The translations under genes and the position numbers were made by a program. The notes under the pieces were generated by a model. It ran no database searches. It saw nothing but the letters and a program-made list of their open reading frames with translations, and was not told the origin of the DNA. This document shows positions 24,304-32,000 of a stretch of 32,000 nucleotides of DNA, one piece after another. Source of the DNA: Candidatus Saccharimonadota bacterium. GTDB taxonomy: Bacteria; Patescibacteriota; Saccharimonadia; Saccharimonadales; Saccharimonadaceae. Each line of letters starts with the position of its first letter. Position 1 is the first letter of the stretch. Location of the stretch: contig NZ_CP045921.1 in NCBI RefSeq assembly GCF_025273655.1, positions 660,001-692,000 of the forward strand, read 5' to 3'.

Positions 24304-24310
24304 AACACGC

Positions 24311-26092
24311 TTACGCAGCCATGTCGAACTCGGCCAGTTTTTCCTGAGCTTTGTCGGTTGTAGCAGCCTGCAGCTCCAGTAGTTGCGCATAAATACCACC
24401 TGTTTTAGCTAGCTCACGCGGTGAGCCAATTTCATCAACACGACCTTTGCGTAATGTCACGATAGTATCGACATGCGCGATAGTGCTCAGGCGGTGTGCG
24501 ATGATCAACACTGTGCGACCATGCATCAAACGATCCAGCGCGTCTTGCACTACCGCTTCACTACGGCTGTCCAAGCTACTCGTGGCTTCGTCGAGTACTA
24601 GAATAGGGCCGTCTTTCAATAGAGCACGCGCGATAGCGATACGCTGTTTCTGGCCGCCACTTAGTTTGATACCCCGCTCACCAATCTCGGTATCGAACTG
24701 CTTGTCGAATTCAGCAATAAACTCGTAAGCATTGGCAGCTTTTGCTGCTGACTCGATTTCGTCGTCACTTGCACCAGGCTTGCCATAGGCGATGTTTTCG
24801 CGAATCGTACCACTAAAGAGTGATGCGTCCTGAAACACAGTCGCTATTGCCGCTCGTACACTAGCCTGGGTAGCCGTCTGTATATCTACTCCACCGATAC
24901 GTACATACCCGCTGTCTGGTCGGTATAGCTGCATCAGTAGATTTGATATTGTGGATTTACCGCCGCCGCTCTCACCCACCAGCGCCAGCTTTTTGCCTGC
25001 TTCGATGGTAAACGAAATGTTGTCGAGCACCTGCTTTTTGTCTGCGTACGAGAAACTCACGCCGTTGAACTGCACACTCGCATGCTGAGCGTCGAGTGCC
25101 ACTTTGCCCGTTTCATCTACTACTTCTGGCTGCTCGGCCATCGCCTCAGCGTAATCTTTGCTATTTGCTGCCGCTCGCTGATACCGGTCGATGAAGAAGC
25201 TCATCGATTGCATCGGCCCACTGATCTGCTGCACTAGCGCGATCAGCAGTACCATTTCGCCGATAGTGATAGTACCGCTGGCAGCCTGGAGGAATAGCGT
25301 ACCAAACACCAGTGCATAGATGACACTTAGCGCCACTCCTCGCAGCGCATTCATCTCATGCCAATACGTCGACTGCTGTTTGGTGATGCCGACCATCTTC
25401 GCAAAGCGTGTGTCAAAACCACGCAGCTCACGTTGCTCACTGCCAAAACTTTTGACAAGCCGCATTTGTGATACTACTTCGCCGAAGCGTCCGCTCGCGA
25501 TGTCATAGTGTTTGTTTTTGCGCTTCTCGTACTTTTGCCATTTCACACTTGTCTTGGCAGTGATGTAGACGAAGATCGGGATAAGTAGCAGCATGAAAAC
25601 AGCGATCGGCCAACTGTACCACAGCATGATACCGAGCGAAATCAGTACTGTCAGCAACATACTCAGCAAGTTGTTGGCAAAAAACTGCAAAAATTGCGTC
25701 ACATCGCTAATCGCACGATTAAGACGATTGATGATCTTGCCGGTAATCTCTGTGTCAAAATATTTCTGCGGTAGCGTCAGGAGATGTTCGTAGTAGCGTG
25801 TCGACAGTTGTTTGCGCATACGCTCTGCCAACATATCACCCATTACGCCGCTGATGTTGTCGATCACTGTCCCCACCAGCGAAATTACCAGCAACATGAC
25901 GACAAGTCCGACAATATATGTATAGTTTACCGCGTGGGTACCGAGTCCAGCCACAATCGTGTCCGTCACAATCTTCATCACAAACGGTGGCGCGAGATTT
26001 AGCAGCGCCGTCACCACAGATAACAGTGCAATTACACCAAATGTCCGTTTGAGCCCATGCGTGTAACCAAACAGCCGTACGAGATCCTGCAT
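24311..26092 (-). CDS. ABC transporter, fused permease/ATPase (MsbA/multidrug-exporter type)
   Basis: 593 aa. Six-helix N-terminal half, Walker A GESGGGKST, signature LSGGQKQR and Walker B ILVLDEATS. Confidence 0.9.
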   Translation of the reverse strand: MQDLVRLFGYTHGLKRTFGVIALLSVVTALLNLAPPFVMKIVTDTIVAGLGTHAVNYTYIVGLVVMLLVISLVGTVIDNISGVMGDMLAERMRKQLSTRYYEHLLTLPQKYFDTEITGKIINRLNRAISDVTQFLQFFANNLLSMLLTVLISLGIMLWYSWPIAVFMLLLIPIFVYITAKTSVKWQKYEKRKNKHYDIASGRFGEVVSQMRLVKSFGSEQRELRGFDTRFAKMVGITKQQSTYWHEMNALRGVALSVIYALVFGTLFLQAASGTITIGEMVLLIALVQQISGPMQSMSFFIDRYQRAAANSKDYAEAMAEQPEVVDETGKVALDAQHASVQFNGVSFSYADKKQVLDNISFTIEAGKKLALVGESGGGKSTISNLLMQLYRPDSGYVRIGGVDIQTATQASVRAAIATVFQDASLFSGTIRENIAYGKPGASDDEIESAAKAANAYEFIAEFDKQFDTEIGERGIKLSGGQKQRIAIARALLKDGPILVLDEATSSLDSRSEAVVQDALDRLMHGRTVLIIAHRLSTIAHVDTIVTLRKGRVDEIGSPRELAKTGGIYAQLLELQAATTDKAQEKLAEFDMAA

Positions 26093-26094
26093 CG

Positions 26095-28596
26095 CTAGAC
26101 TACCTGTGCTGCCGTGGCTGCCACGACACGCGACGAGATATCGTCGATCAGCGCAGTTGTGGCATCGTTGGTGAGCGTAGCGGCATATGGTTCGATCGTG
26201 AAACGCAGTGTCACTGTTTTGTCGTCCGAGCCTTCGGGTTGGTAAATCGCCACTGGCTCGAGCGAGATACGCGCATCGACGCTTTCGGCCACAGCAGCAC
26301 GCACAAGCTCATCGTACTGCACACTCTCGGCCACTCGGTAGCTCACGTCGCGCTGCACCGTCTGGTATTTCGCAAGCGGCAAATACTCCGGCATCTGTTC
26401 ACCCACAAACGGCGAGACGAATAACTCAAATCCAGCCACGCGCGCAGGCAGCTTGAAGTTTTTGGCTACCGACTGTCGCAGTTCGCCCACTACACCTGCC
26501 AGCTTGCCATCGATCTCTACCGCCGCGCTGCGTACTGGATCGAACGGCTTCACCAACTGCGCAAACGGTGCGAAGTCTGGCGAGTCGTAGGTATCTAATC
26601 GTACATAGCGCACACCCGAGCGCGGCAGCAGCATCTCTGCTATATAATCAACACTGCGTTTTGCCTGGTAATACGGCGCGTCGCCATCGGCTGACTTGGT
26701 CGCATACACACCCGCTACACGCGCAAACTCTTTAGGTAGCTTATCTTCGCCGAGCACATCCACATGGTGTGCTTTGCCAATTTCGTACAGCATGAACTCA
26801 TCGTGGCCAGCCTTTACGTTCATATGAACTTTGTCGAGCAGGCTCGGCAGCACACTCAGGCGATAATACTGCAAGTCAGGGCTGAGGGCGTTGCTCAGCC
26901 TGAACGCTTCTGTTGGATTCTGGCCAGCTTTTGTGAGCACTTGTTCATGTACGAAGCTATACGTCAGCACTTCGTTGCCGCCAGCCTGGGCAAGAGTGCT
27001 ACGCAGACGAGATTTGGCGACAATGTCGATGTTTTGCGGTGTCGGGCTAGTGCGGCGTAGAGGCAGTTCACGTGGCAGCTTATCAAACCCGTAGAGACGA
27101 CCAACCTCTTCTACAATGTCTTCGGGCTGTTCGATGTCGGTACGCCAAAACGGTACCTTGACGCACAAATAATCTCCGTGACCATCCATGCTATGGCTAT
27201 GAATTTCAACGTTATTCAATAATTGACACATCTCCGCCTCTGATAATTTCAGCCCAAGCCTTGCATTAATAAAATGATCGTCGAGATTAAGACTTGCCGG
27301 AAAGTACTTATCGTTAAAATAGTCATCGTTTTCATCCTCGAATACCTTCTCATCTGACACGTCACTCGCCTGCTCGCCACCAGCCACGTCTTTCACGCTC
27401 ATCATCAGCAAGTTCAATATATGATCATTTTGCAGTGGCGATTGACCTTTGTTGAACCGCGTCAGCGCATCGGTGAAGAGCCCGTGGCGCATGCTCGTCT
27501 TACGTACGGCATACATATCAAATGTCGCTACTTCGAGCACGATATTTTTGGTTTCGCTCGACACTTCACTGTTGCCGCCGCCCATGATACCACCTACGCC
27601 CACGACGCCTTCGTCGTCGGCGATCACTATGTCGTTGCCCGTCAGTTCATACGTCTTGCCGTTGAGTAGTTCGGCCTTTTCTCCGTCTTGCGCCATACGC
27701 GCCACCAGCTTGCCGCCGCGGAGTTTGTCGTAGTCGTAGGCATGCGTCGGCTGCGCCGTCAGGAGCATCACGTAGTTCGTCACGTCGACAATGTTGTTGA
27801 TTGGCTTGGCGCCCATGGCTACGAGTGCGCATTGCAGCCACACCGGACTCGGCTTCACCTCTACGTCTCGCAAGGCCACCGCCATGAAGCGAGGTACTTT
27901 GTCGAGTGCTTCGTTTGTTACCTCAAGTTCTAGACCCTCAGCACTCGCAAACTCTGGCGCATCGCCGTACCAGCTCGGACTCGTGAACTTGTGTCCATAT
28001 ATACCAGCTACTTCGCGCGCCACACCCAGCTGCCCAAACAAGTCGGGGCGGTGCGTAAACATCTTGTTTTCGATATCGATAATCGTGTCGTTTAGTCCGT
28101 ACACTTCAGCGAAACTAGCGCCCGGTTCAATCGCCACGTCACCCGGCTTCCATTCATCGGGATTAATCTCTAATATGCCTTCGTGATCAATGCCGATCGC
28201 CAGTTCATCTGCGGCCGCCAGCATACCGTGACTCATCACTCCGCGCAGTTCACGCGCACCAAGCACAAACGGCTCCGCATCGTCATACGTCGCTGGCACC
28301 GTACTTTCTGCTGGTAACCATACGGCCCACATGTCAGCATGTACATTGGGTGCACCGCAAACCACCTGAATCAGCTCACCTGTTCCGGCGTCGATTTTCG
28401 TTACATTTAGGCGATCGGCATTTGGGTGCTTTTCGCATTCTACTACTTTCACAATCCGAGCATCTTTGTATTTATCCGCCAGATCGACCACTTCTTCTAC
28501 TACACCCAGCTGCGCGTTGAACTTCTGCACCAGCTCATCGACAGGTGGCAGTTCAAAATCTACGAATTGTTTGAGTTGATTGAGGCTAACTTTCAT
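26095..28596 (-). CDS. pheT: Phenylalanine--tRNA ligase beta subunit
   Basis: tRNA-binding domain (KHPNADRL.V..ID.G...QVVCGAPNV), followed by B3/4, B5 and C-terminal domains. Start placed at ATG 28596 (MKVSLNQLKQF), with AAAGGGTG upstream. Confidence 0.92.
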   Translation of the reverse strand: MKVSLNQLKQFVDFELPPVDELVQKFNAQLGVVEEVVDLADKYKDARIVKVVECEKHPNADRLNVTKIDAGTGELIQVVCGAPNVHADMWAVWLPAESTVPATYDDAEPFVLGARELRGVMSHGMLAAADELAIGIDHEGILEINPDEWKPGDVAIEPGASFAEVYGLNDTIIDIENKMFTHRPDLFGQLGVAREVAGIYGHKFTSPSWYGDAPEFASAEGLELEVTNEALDKVPRFMAVALRDVEVKPSPVWLQCALVAMGAKPINNIVDVTNYVMLLTAQPTHAYDYDKLRGGKLVARMAQDGEKAELLNGKTYELTGNDIVIADDEGVVGVGGIMGGGNSEVSSETKNIVLEVATFDMYAVRKTSMRHGLFTDALTRFNKGQSPLQNDHILNLLMMSVKDVAGGEQASDVSDEKVFEDENDDYFNDKYFPASLNLDDHFINARLGLKLSEAEMCQLLNNVEIHSHSMDGHGDYLCVKVPFWRTDIEQPEDIVEEVGRLYGFDKLPRELPLRRTSPTPQNIDIVAKSRLRSTLAQAGGNEVLTYSFVHEQVLTKAGQNPTEAFRLSNALSPDLQYYRLSVLPSLLDKVHMNVKAGHDEFMLYEIGKAHHVDVLGEDKLPKEFARVAGVYATKSADGDAPYYQAKRSVDYIAEMLLPRSGVRYVRLDTYDSPDFAPFAQLVKPFDPVRSAAVEIDGKLAGVVGELRQSVAKNFKLPARVAGFELFVSPFVGEQMPEYLPLAKYQTVQRDVSYRVAESVQYDELVRAAVAESVDARISLEPVAIYQPEGSDDKTVTLRFTIEPYAATLTNDATTALIDDISSRVVAATAAQVV

Positions 28597-29017
28597 TGAA
28601 ATACACCCTTTGCTCGTCAGACTTTGTTTCGTCAATCTTCCCTAGCTTCGCTCGGTAATACTGCCACTCACTTACGCGGCGATTATCTTCATCGCCAAAC
28701 TTATCCGCAAACACCTCGCGCGCTGCCAGCTCGTCGTCACCGCTCACCTGCTCTCCACGAGTTTGGATATACACACAGCGACGCTGTGCGAGTTCGCTCA
28801 CACTCTGTCCGGCATCAAACACGGTCACGAACAATTTATCGTTGGCGGCCAAATTCTGCGAGTGCTGTGCGGTAAGTTCACTCATCCAATACACATACTG
28901 TTCGTCGTGCGCAAAATGCACTGGCGTACCCCATGGTTGTCCGTCAGTATTTACCGTTGCTAAAGTCATATATGTATTTGCGCTCAGTACTTCGCGTGCG
29001 ATTTGTTCGTGTGTCAT
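28586..29017 (-). CDS. Pyridoxamine 5'-phosphate oxidase-like FMN-binding split-barrel protein
   Basis: 143 aa. L....Y..LATV..DG.PW..PV.F.......Y....S...H..N......V.V is the PNPOx-like pattern. AAGGAG lies 6 nt upstream of the ATG. It overlaps pheT by 11 nt. Confidence 0.65.
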   Translation of the reverse strand: MTHEQIAREVLSANTYMTLATVNTDGQPWGTPVHFAHDEQYVYWMSELTAQHSQNLAANDKLFVTVFDAGQSVSELAQRRCVYIQTRGEQVSGDDELAAREVFADKFGDEDNRRVSEWQYYRAKLGKIDETKSDEQRVYFNES

Positions 29018-29028
29018 GTCGTGTCTCC

Positions 29029-30072
29029 TTAGAATTGTTTCAAAAAGTCGAGTTTGGCACTCTCGAAATGCCGCACATCCTCGATACCGTATTTCATCAT
29101 CACTAGGCGGTCAATACCACAGCCAAACGCAAAGCCGGTGTATTCGTTTGGATCGATGTCGGCCGCTTTCAGCACATTTGGGTGAATCATACCGCAACCG
29201 AGAAGCTCAATCCAGCCTTCGCCACTACAAACCTTGCAGTCTGGATTTTTACCCTCGCAAAACGGACAGCTCAGCGACATCTCAAAACTTGGTTCGGTGA
29301 ACGGGAAATAAAACGGATTCACCCGCACATCAATATCTTTGCCGTAATACTCGCTCAAAAACTTCTGCAGTGTGGCGATAAGCATACCGGCATGCACGCC
29401 CTTGGCGACGTACACGCCCTCGACTTGGTAAAACGTATGTTCATGGCGTGCGTCGAGGTCTTCGTTGCGAAATGTTCGATCCGGCACAATCGCTGCAATT
29501 GGCTCATCTGCCACGAGATTGTCGCGGTATTGCCGCAGTATGCGGTTTTGCATAGTACTAGTGTGCGCCGGTGCAATGAAAGCCTCGCCGTTCTCGTCCT
29601 TCTGGGTCGTCATAAACGTATCGTATTCGTCGCGCGCTGGGTGCCCAGCTGGGAAATTGAGTGACTCAAACATATGGTATTGATCGTCGATCTCTCGCGA
29701 TTCTTCGGCGACAAATCCCATGCGCTCGAAAATACCGATCAGTGTCGCGATTTCTTGGCGGAGGGGGTGCACACTGCCGCCGTCAACAGGTAAAAGTTTT
29801 GGCATACTACTGTTGGTATCAAACGGCGCCGTCACATCGAGCGGCACACTGTCGGCAGCCTCACGCTGTGATTCCTTGTCGGCCACAGCCGCTTCGAGGG
29901 TCTGTTTTAGCTCATTGATTTGCTTGCCATAGGCACCGCGCTCACTCGGCTCAAGTGTCGGAATCGTCGCGTACAATTGCTTGATTTCTAACGCCTTGAG
30001 CACATCACGCGGCTCCTCGAGCGTGTCGAGACGCGCCAGCAGTACAGACTCTAGTTGTTGTATCTCGTTCAT
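29029..30072 (-). CDS. pheS: Phenylalanine--tRNA ligase alpha subunit
   Basis: Class II core motifs (HP......I...F...GF, FRNE..D..H...F.Q.EG, GFAFG.G.DRL.M). Start placed at ATG 30072, 9 nt after a TATACT box, rather than the track TTG at 30093. Confidence 0.92.
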   Translation of the reverse strand: MNEIQQLESVLLARLDTLEEPRDVLKALEIKQLYATIPTLEPSERGAYGKQINELKQTLEAAVADKESQREAADSVPLDVTAPFDTNSSMPKLLPVDGGSVHPLRQEIATLIGIFERMGFVAEESREIDDQYHMFESLNFPAGHPARDEYDTFMTTQKDENGEAFIAPAHTSTMQNRILRQYRDNLVADEPIAAIVPDRTFRNEDLDARHEHTFYQVEGVYVAKGVHAGMLIATLQKFLSEYYGKDIDVRVNPFYFPFTEPSFEMSLSCPFCEGKNPDCKVCSGEGWIELLGCGMIHPNVLKAADIDPNEYTGFAFGCGIDRLVMMKYGIEDVRHFESAKLDFLKQF

Positions 30073-30109
30073 CTGTTTCTCAGTATACCGCAAAACCAGT
30101 CGAACCGCA

Positions 30110-30352
30110 TCAGCTGGAGCGGATAATCAGGTAGATCACGACTGCAACCGTCGCCGCACCGAGCGCCAGCCATACAGCCAGTAGTGGCGATGATTTATGT
30201 GTATCATTCACAATATCGGCATCACGCTCACCATCGTACTGTGGCCCCTCGATATCCGACTTTGACTTTTCGGCAGCTTTGGCGCGCAGATCAGCCGCAA
30301 TTTTCTCTTGCAGTTCGGTCCGTTTCTCGTCTTGACGTACATATAGTCCCAT
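30110..30352 (-). CDS. Small tail-anchored membrane protein (80 aa)
   Basis: ATG 30352 lies 6 nt after the extended -10 TGgTACTAT (30359-30367). It has a charged N-terminal half and a C-terminal TM LLAVWLALGAATVAVVIYLII. No family recognised. Confidence 0.45.
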   Translation of the reverse strand: MGLYVRQDEKRTELQEKIAADLRAKAAEKSKSDIEGPQYDGERDADIVNDTHKSSPLLAVWLALGAATVAVVIYLIIRSS

Positions 30353-30440
30353 AGCTTCATAGTACCACGATAAAGCTTTTGCTACTACTTTGCGTATGGT
30401 GTATACTAGACCCATATTTCACTATAAAGGAGGGAAATAC

Positions 30441-31319
30441 ATGGCAACTAAAAAAGCCGCTTCCGCGAAAAAGTCCACACCGACCGCAGCGAAGCAAACC
30501 AAAACCAAAGTAACGACTGTCAAAGCGGTTGCTGCCGATGCTACACCTAAAGCGCCAGCCGCCCTCAAGTCAAAACGCAACGTTCTCCAGGGTCGTTCGG
30601 TCATCCTCGGCGCTTTTATCGCAGAGTTTATCGGCACTTTCATCTTGGCGTCTGTCGCTGTACATAGCCAAGGTCAACCACTGTACGTCGGTTTTGCGCT
30701 CATCGCAATCGTACTGACTATTGGCACGCTTTCGGGCTCACACGTCAACCCACTGGTCACTGTAGGTGCATGGGCAACACGTAAGATTACCGGTCTGCGC
30801 GCTATTGGCTACATCGTCGCTCAGGTGCTCGGTGCCCTGCTTGCGTTTGTCGTCGCATCTGCCTACACCAATGCCGCTCCAGAAGTAAGCCAACAAGCGC
30901 AAATGCTTGGACAGTCTTCTGTGAAACTGTTTGAAGCCAACCCAATTCCAGCCGGCAAAGAATTCTACATCTTCTTCGCTGAAATGCTTGGTGCTGCAAT
31001 CTTTGCGCTGGCCGTTTCGAGCGCTATCCGCGAAAAACGAAACCGTGCAGCTCAAGCACTCACTGTTGGTCTTGGCCTCTTTGTAGCCCTGGTGATTGCT
31101 GGCGTATCAGCAAGCTACATCGGCGGTACTGCAGTGGTCAACCCGGCTATCGCATTCACAGTGCAAGCTGTATCGTTTAGCTCAAGCAACTGGCTCTGGC
31201 CTGTGCTAATCTATATCGTGTCTCCGTTGATCGGTGGTACGATTGGATTCTTCCTGTATGATATCCTGCGTGGCGAAAGCGATGGCGGCGACGACAACCT
31301 CGTCGATGACGTACTCTAG
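30441..31319 (+). CDS. MIP-family channel (aquaporin/glycerol-facilitator-like) with atypical filter motifs
   Basis: ATG 30441 is preceded by AAGGAGGG. The first motif is SGSHVNPLVT (NPL at 30747-30755) and the second is VNPAIAF (NPA-I at 31140-31151). It has a Lys/Ala/Thr-rich ~50-aa N-terminal tail. Confidence 0.85.
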   Translation: MATKKAASAKKSTPTAAKQTKTKVTTVKAVAADATPKAPAALKSKRNVLQGRSVILGAFIAEFIGTFILASVAVHSQGQPLYVGFALIAIVLTIGTLSGSHVNPLVTVGAWATRKITGLRAIGYIVAQVLGALLAFVVASAYTNAAPEVSQQAQMLGQSSVKLFEANPIPAGKEFYIFFAEMLGAAIFALAVSSAIREKRNRAAQALTVGLGLFVALVIAGVSASYIGGTAVVNPAIAFTVQAVSFSSSNWLWPVLIYIVSPLIGGTIGFFLYDILRGESDGGDDNLVDDVL

Positions 31320-31336
31320 GAAATCCTATAGTAGCA

Positions 31337-31367
31337 AAACACCCGGGAAAGTCCGGGTGTTTTCTGT
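31337..31367. terminator. Bidirectional terminator between the MIP gene and rmuC
   Basis: AAACACCCGG-gaaagt-CCGGGTGTTT, with an A-run on one side and TTTTCTGTT on the other. Confidence 0.7.
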
Positions 31368-31373
31368 TGGTGA

Positions 31374-32000
31374 CTACTCGTCTCGCTGCGGTTTATCTAT
31401 CAGTATGGGCTCAACACTCGGCTCGGTCTCGGCAATCTTGACGACATCTTTGTCGATCTTTTTTAGCTCTTTATGTGCGTTGTTGTAATGGTTCACTGTC
31501 GTACCCAGACTAGCTCCCAGCTTCTGCATAAGCTGCTCATACACTGCGATATGACGACCTAGCTGGCCGACCCTTACTTGAATCTCTTTGGCTTGCTGTT
31601 CGATCTGCAGACTTCTCAGCCCCTGCAGTACTGTCTGCAGATACGCCATGAAACTTGTCGGGCTCACGATAATCACCTTTTTATCACGCACTGCGTATTC
31701 CACCAGATCACGCGCACTCGCACCAGTGCCTACATCACCGATCAGCAGGTCGTAATAGAGCGACTCACTCGGGATAAACATGAAAGCAAATTCCATCGTG
31801 TGCTCGTCTGGTCGAATATATTTACTCGTCTCGTCGATACGACCCTTCAGATCGCTGCGTACTTTTGCCAGCAGCGCTTCCCGCTCGGCTTTAGTCTTGC
31901 TGGCCACCATACGGTTATAATTCTCGAGGCTAAACTTACTATCTACCGGTAGTATCTTGTCACCTTCGAGCCGCACCACTGCGTCGGCTATCTCGCCGTC
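31374..32000 (-). CDS. rmuC: DNA recombination protein RmuC; 5' end beyond the window
   Basis: The C-terminal RmuC-family block (FAFMFIPSESLYYDLL ... VIIVSPTSFMAYLQTV) is present. The frame stays open to position 32000. Confidence 0.85.
   Translation of the reverse strand, partial: DGEIADAVVRLEGDKILPVDSKFSLENYNRMVASKTKAEREALLAKVRSDLKGRIDETSKYIRPDEHTMEFAFMFIPSESLYYDLLIGDVGTGASARDLVEYAVRDKKVIIVSPTSFMAYLQTVLQGLRSLQIEQQAKEIQVRVGQLGRHIAVYEQLMQKLGASLGTTVNHYNNAHKELKKIDKDVVKIAETEPSVEPILIDKPQRDE

Noticed and set aside
1-32000. Alternative genetic code (UGA recoding as in some CPR lineages).
   Set aside because: Well-supported genes end at TGA as well as TAA/TAG at the lengths expected for their families. 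No family-recognisable gene is split by an in-frame TGA.
1-32000. CRISPR arrays, tRNA or rRNA genes.
   Set aside because: I saw no regularly spaced direct repeats, no cloverleaf-compatible T-arm/acceptor combinations and no rRNA-like conserved stretches when reading both strands. A tRNAscan/Infernal run would be the decisive check.

Overview
This is a compact, almost entirely coding window that uses the standard bacterial code (TAA, TAG and TGA all terminate the well-supported genes). Several features are consistent with a reduced-genome CPR/Patescibacteria (Saccharibacteria-like) organism, though this is inference only: the gene content, the split transketolase, a P/Q-rich surface protein, and many genes whose ATG sits 6-12 nt after a -10 box (leaderless style). 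Recognisable core genes are gatA (partial), gatC, uvrB, a PfkB kinase, class II aldolase, split tkt, rpe, rpiB, gap, a short Rel/SpoT, a GNAT, nudix, ppa, a GDPD phosphodiesterase, trxB, an FKBP PPIase, an ABC exporter, pheS/pheT, a MIP channel and rmuC (partial). I found no rRNA, tRNA, CRISPR array, integrase or transposase. The best candidate for something new is a ~4.9 kb ORFan island (16.12-21.01 kb) between rel-GNAT and nudix-ppa. It contains two tandem paralogous Cys-rich proteins and an acidic 131-aa ORF, driven by duplicated promoters with an identical 15-nt leader/operator. It also contains a leaderless AT-rich 507-aa ORFan, divergently paired through a perfect palindrome with a 2-TM protein. 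Finally, it contains a small leaderless operon whose first product starts like MmeI-family restriction enzymes and whose second is a multi-TM protein. A second orphan locus (12.64-12.95 kb) has a near-consensus promoter, a 40-codon CxxH..CxC ORF and a strong hairpin. All functional ideas for these loci are hypotheses. I cannot run homology or structure searches here.
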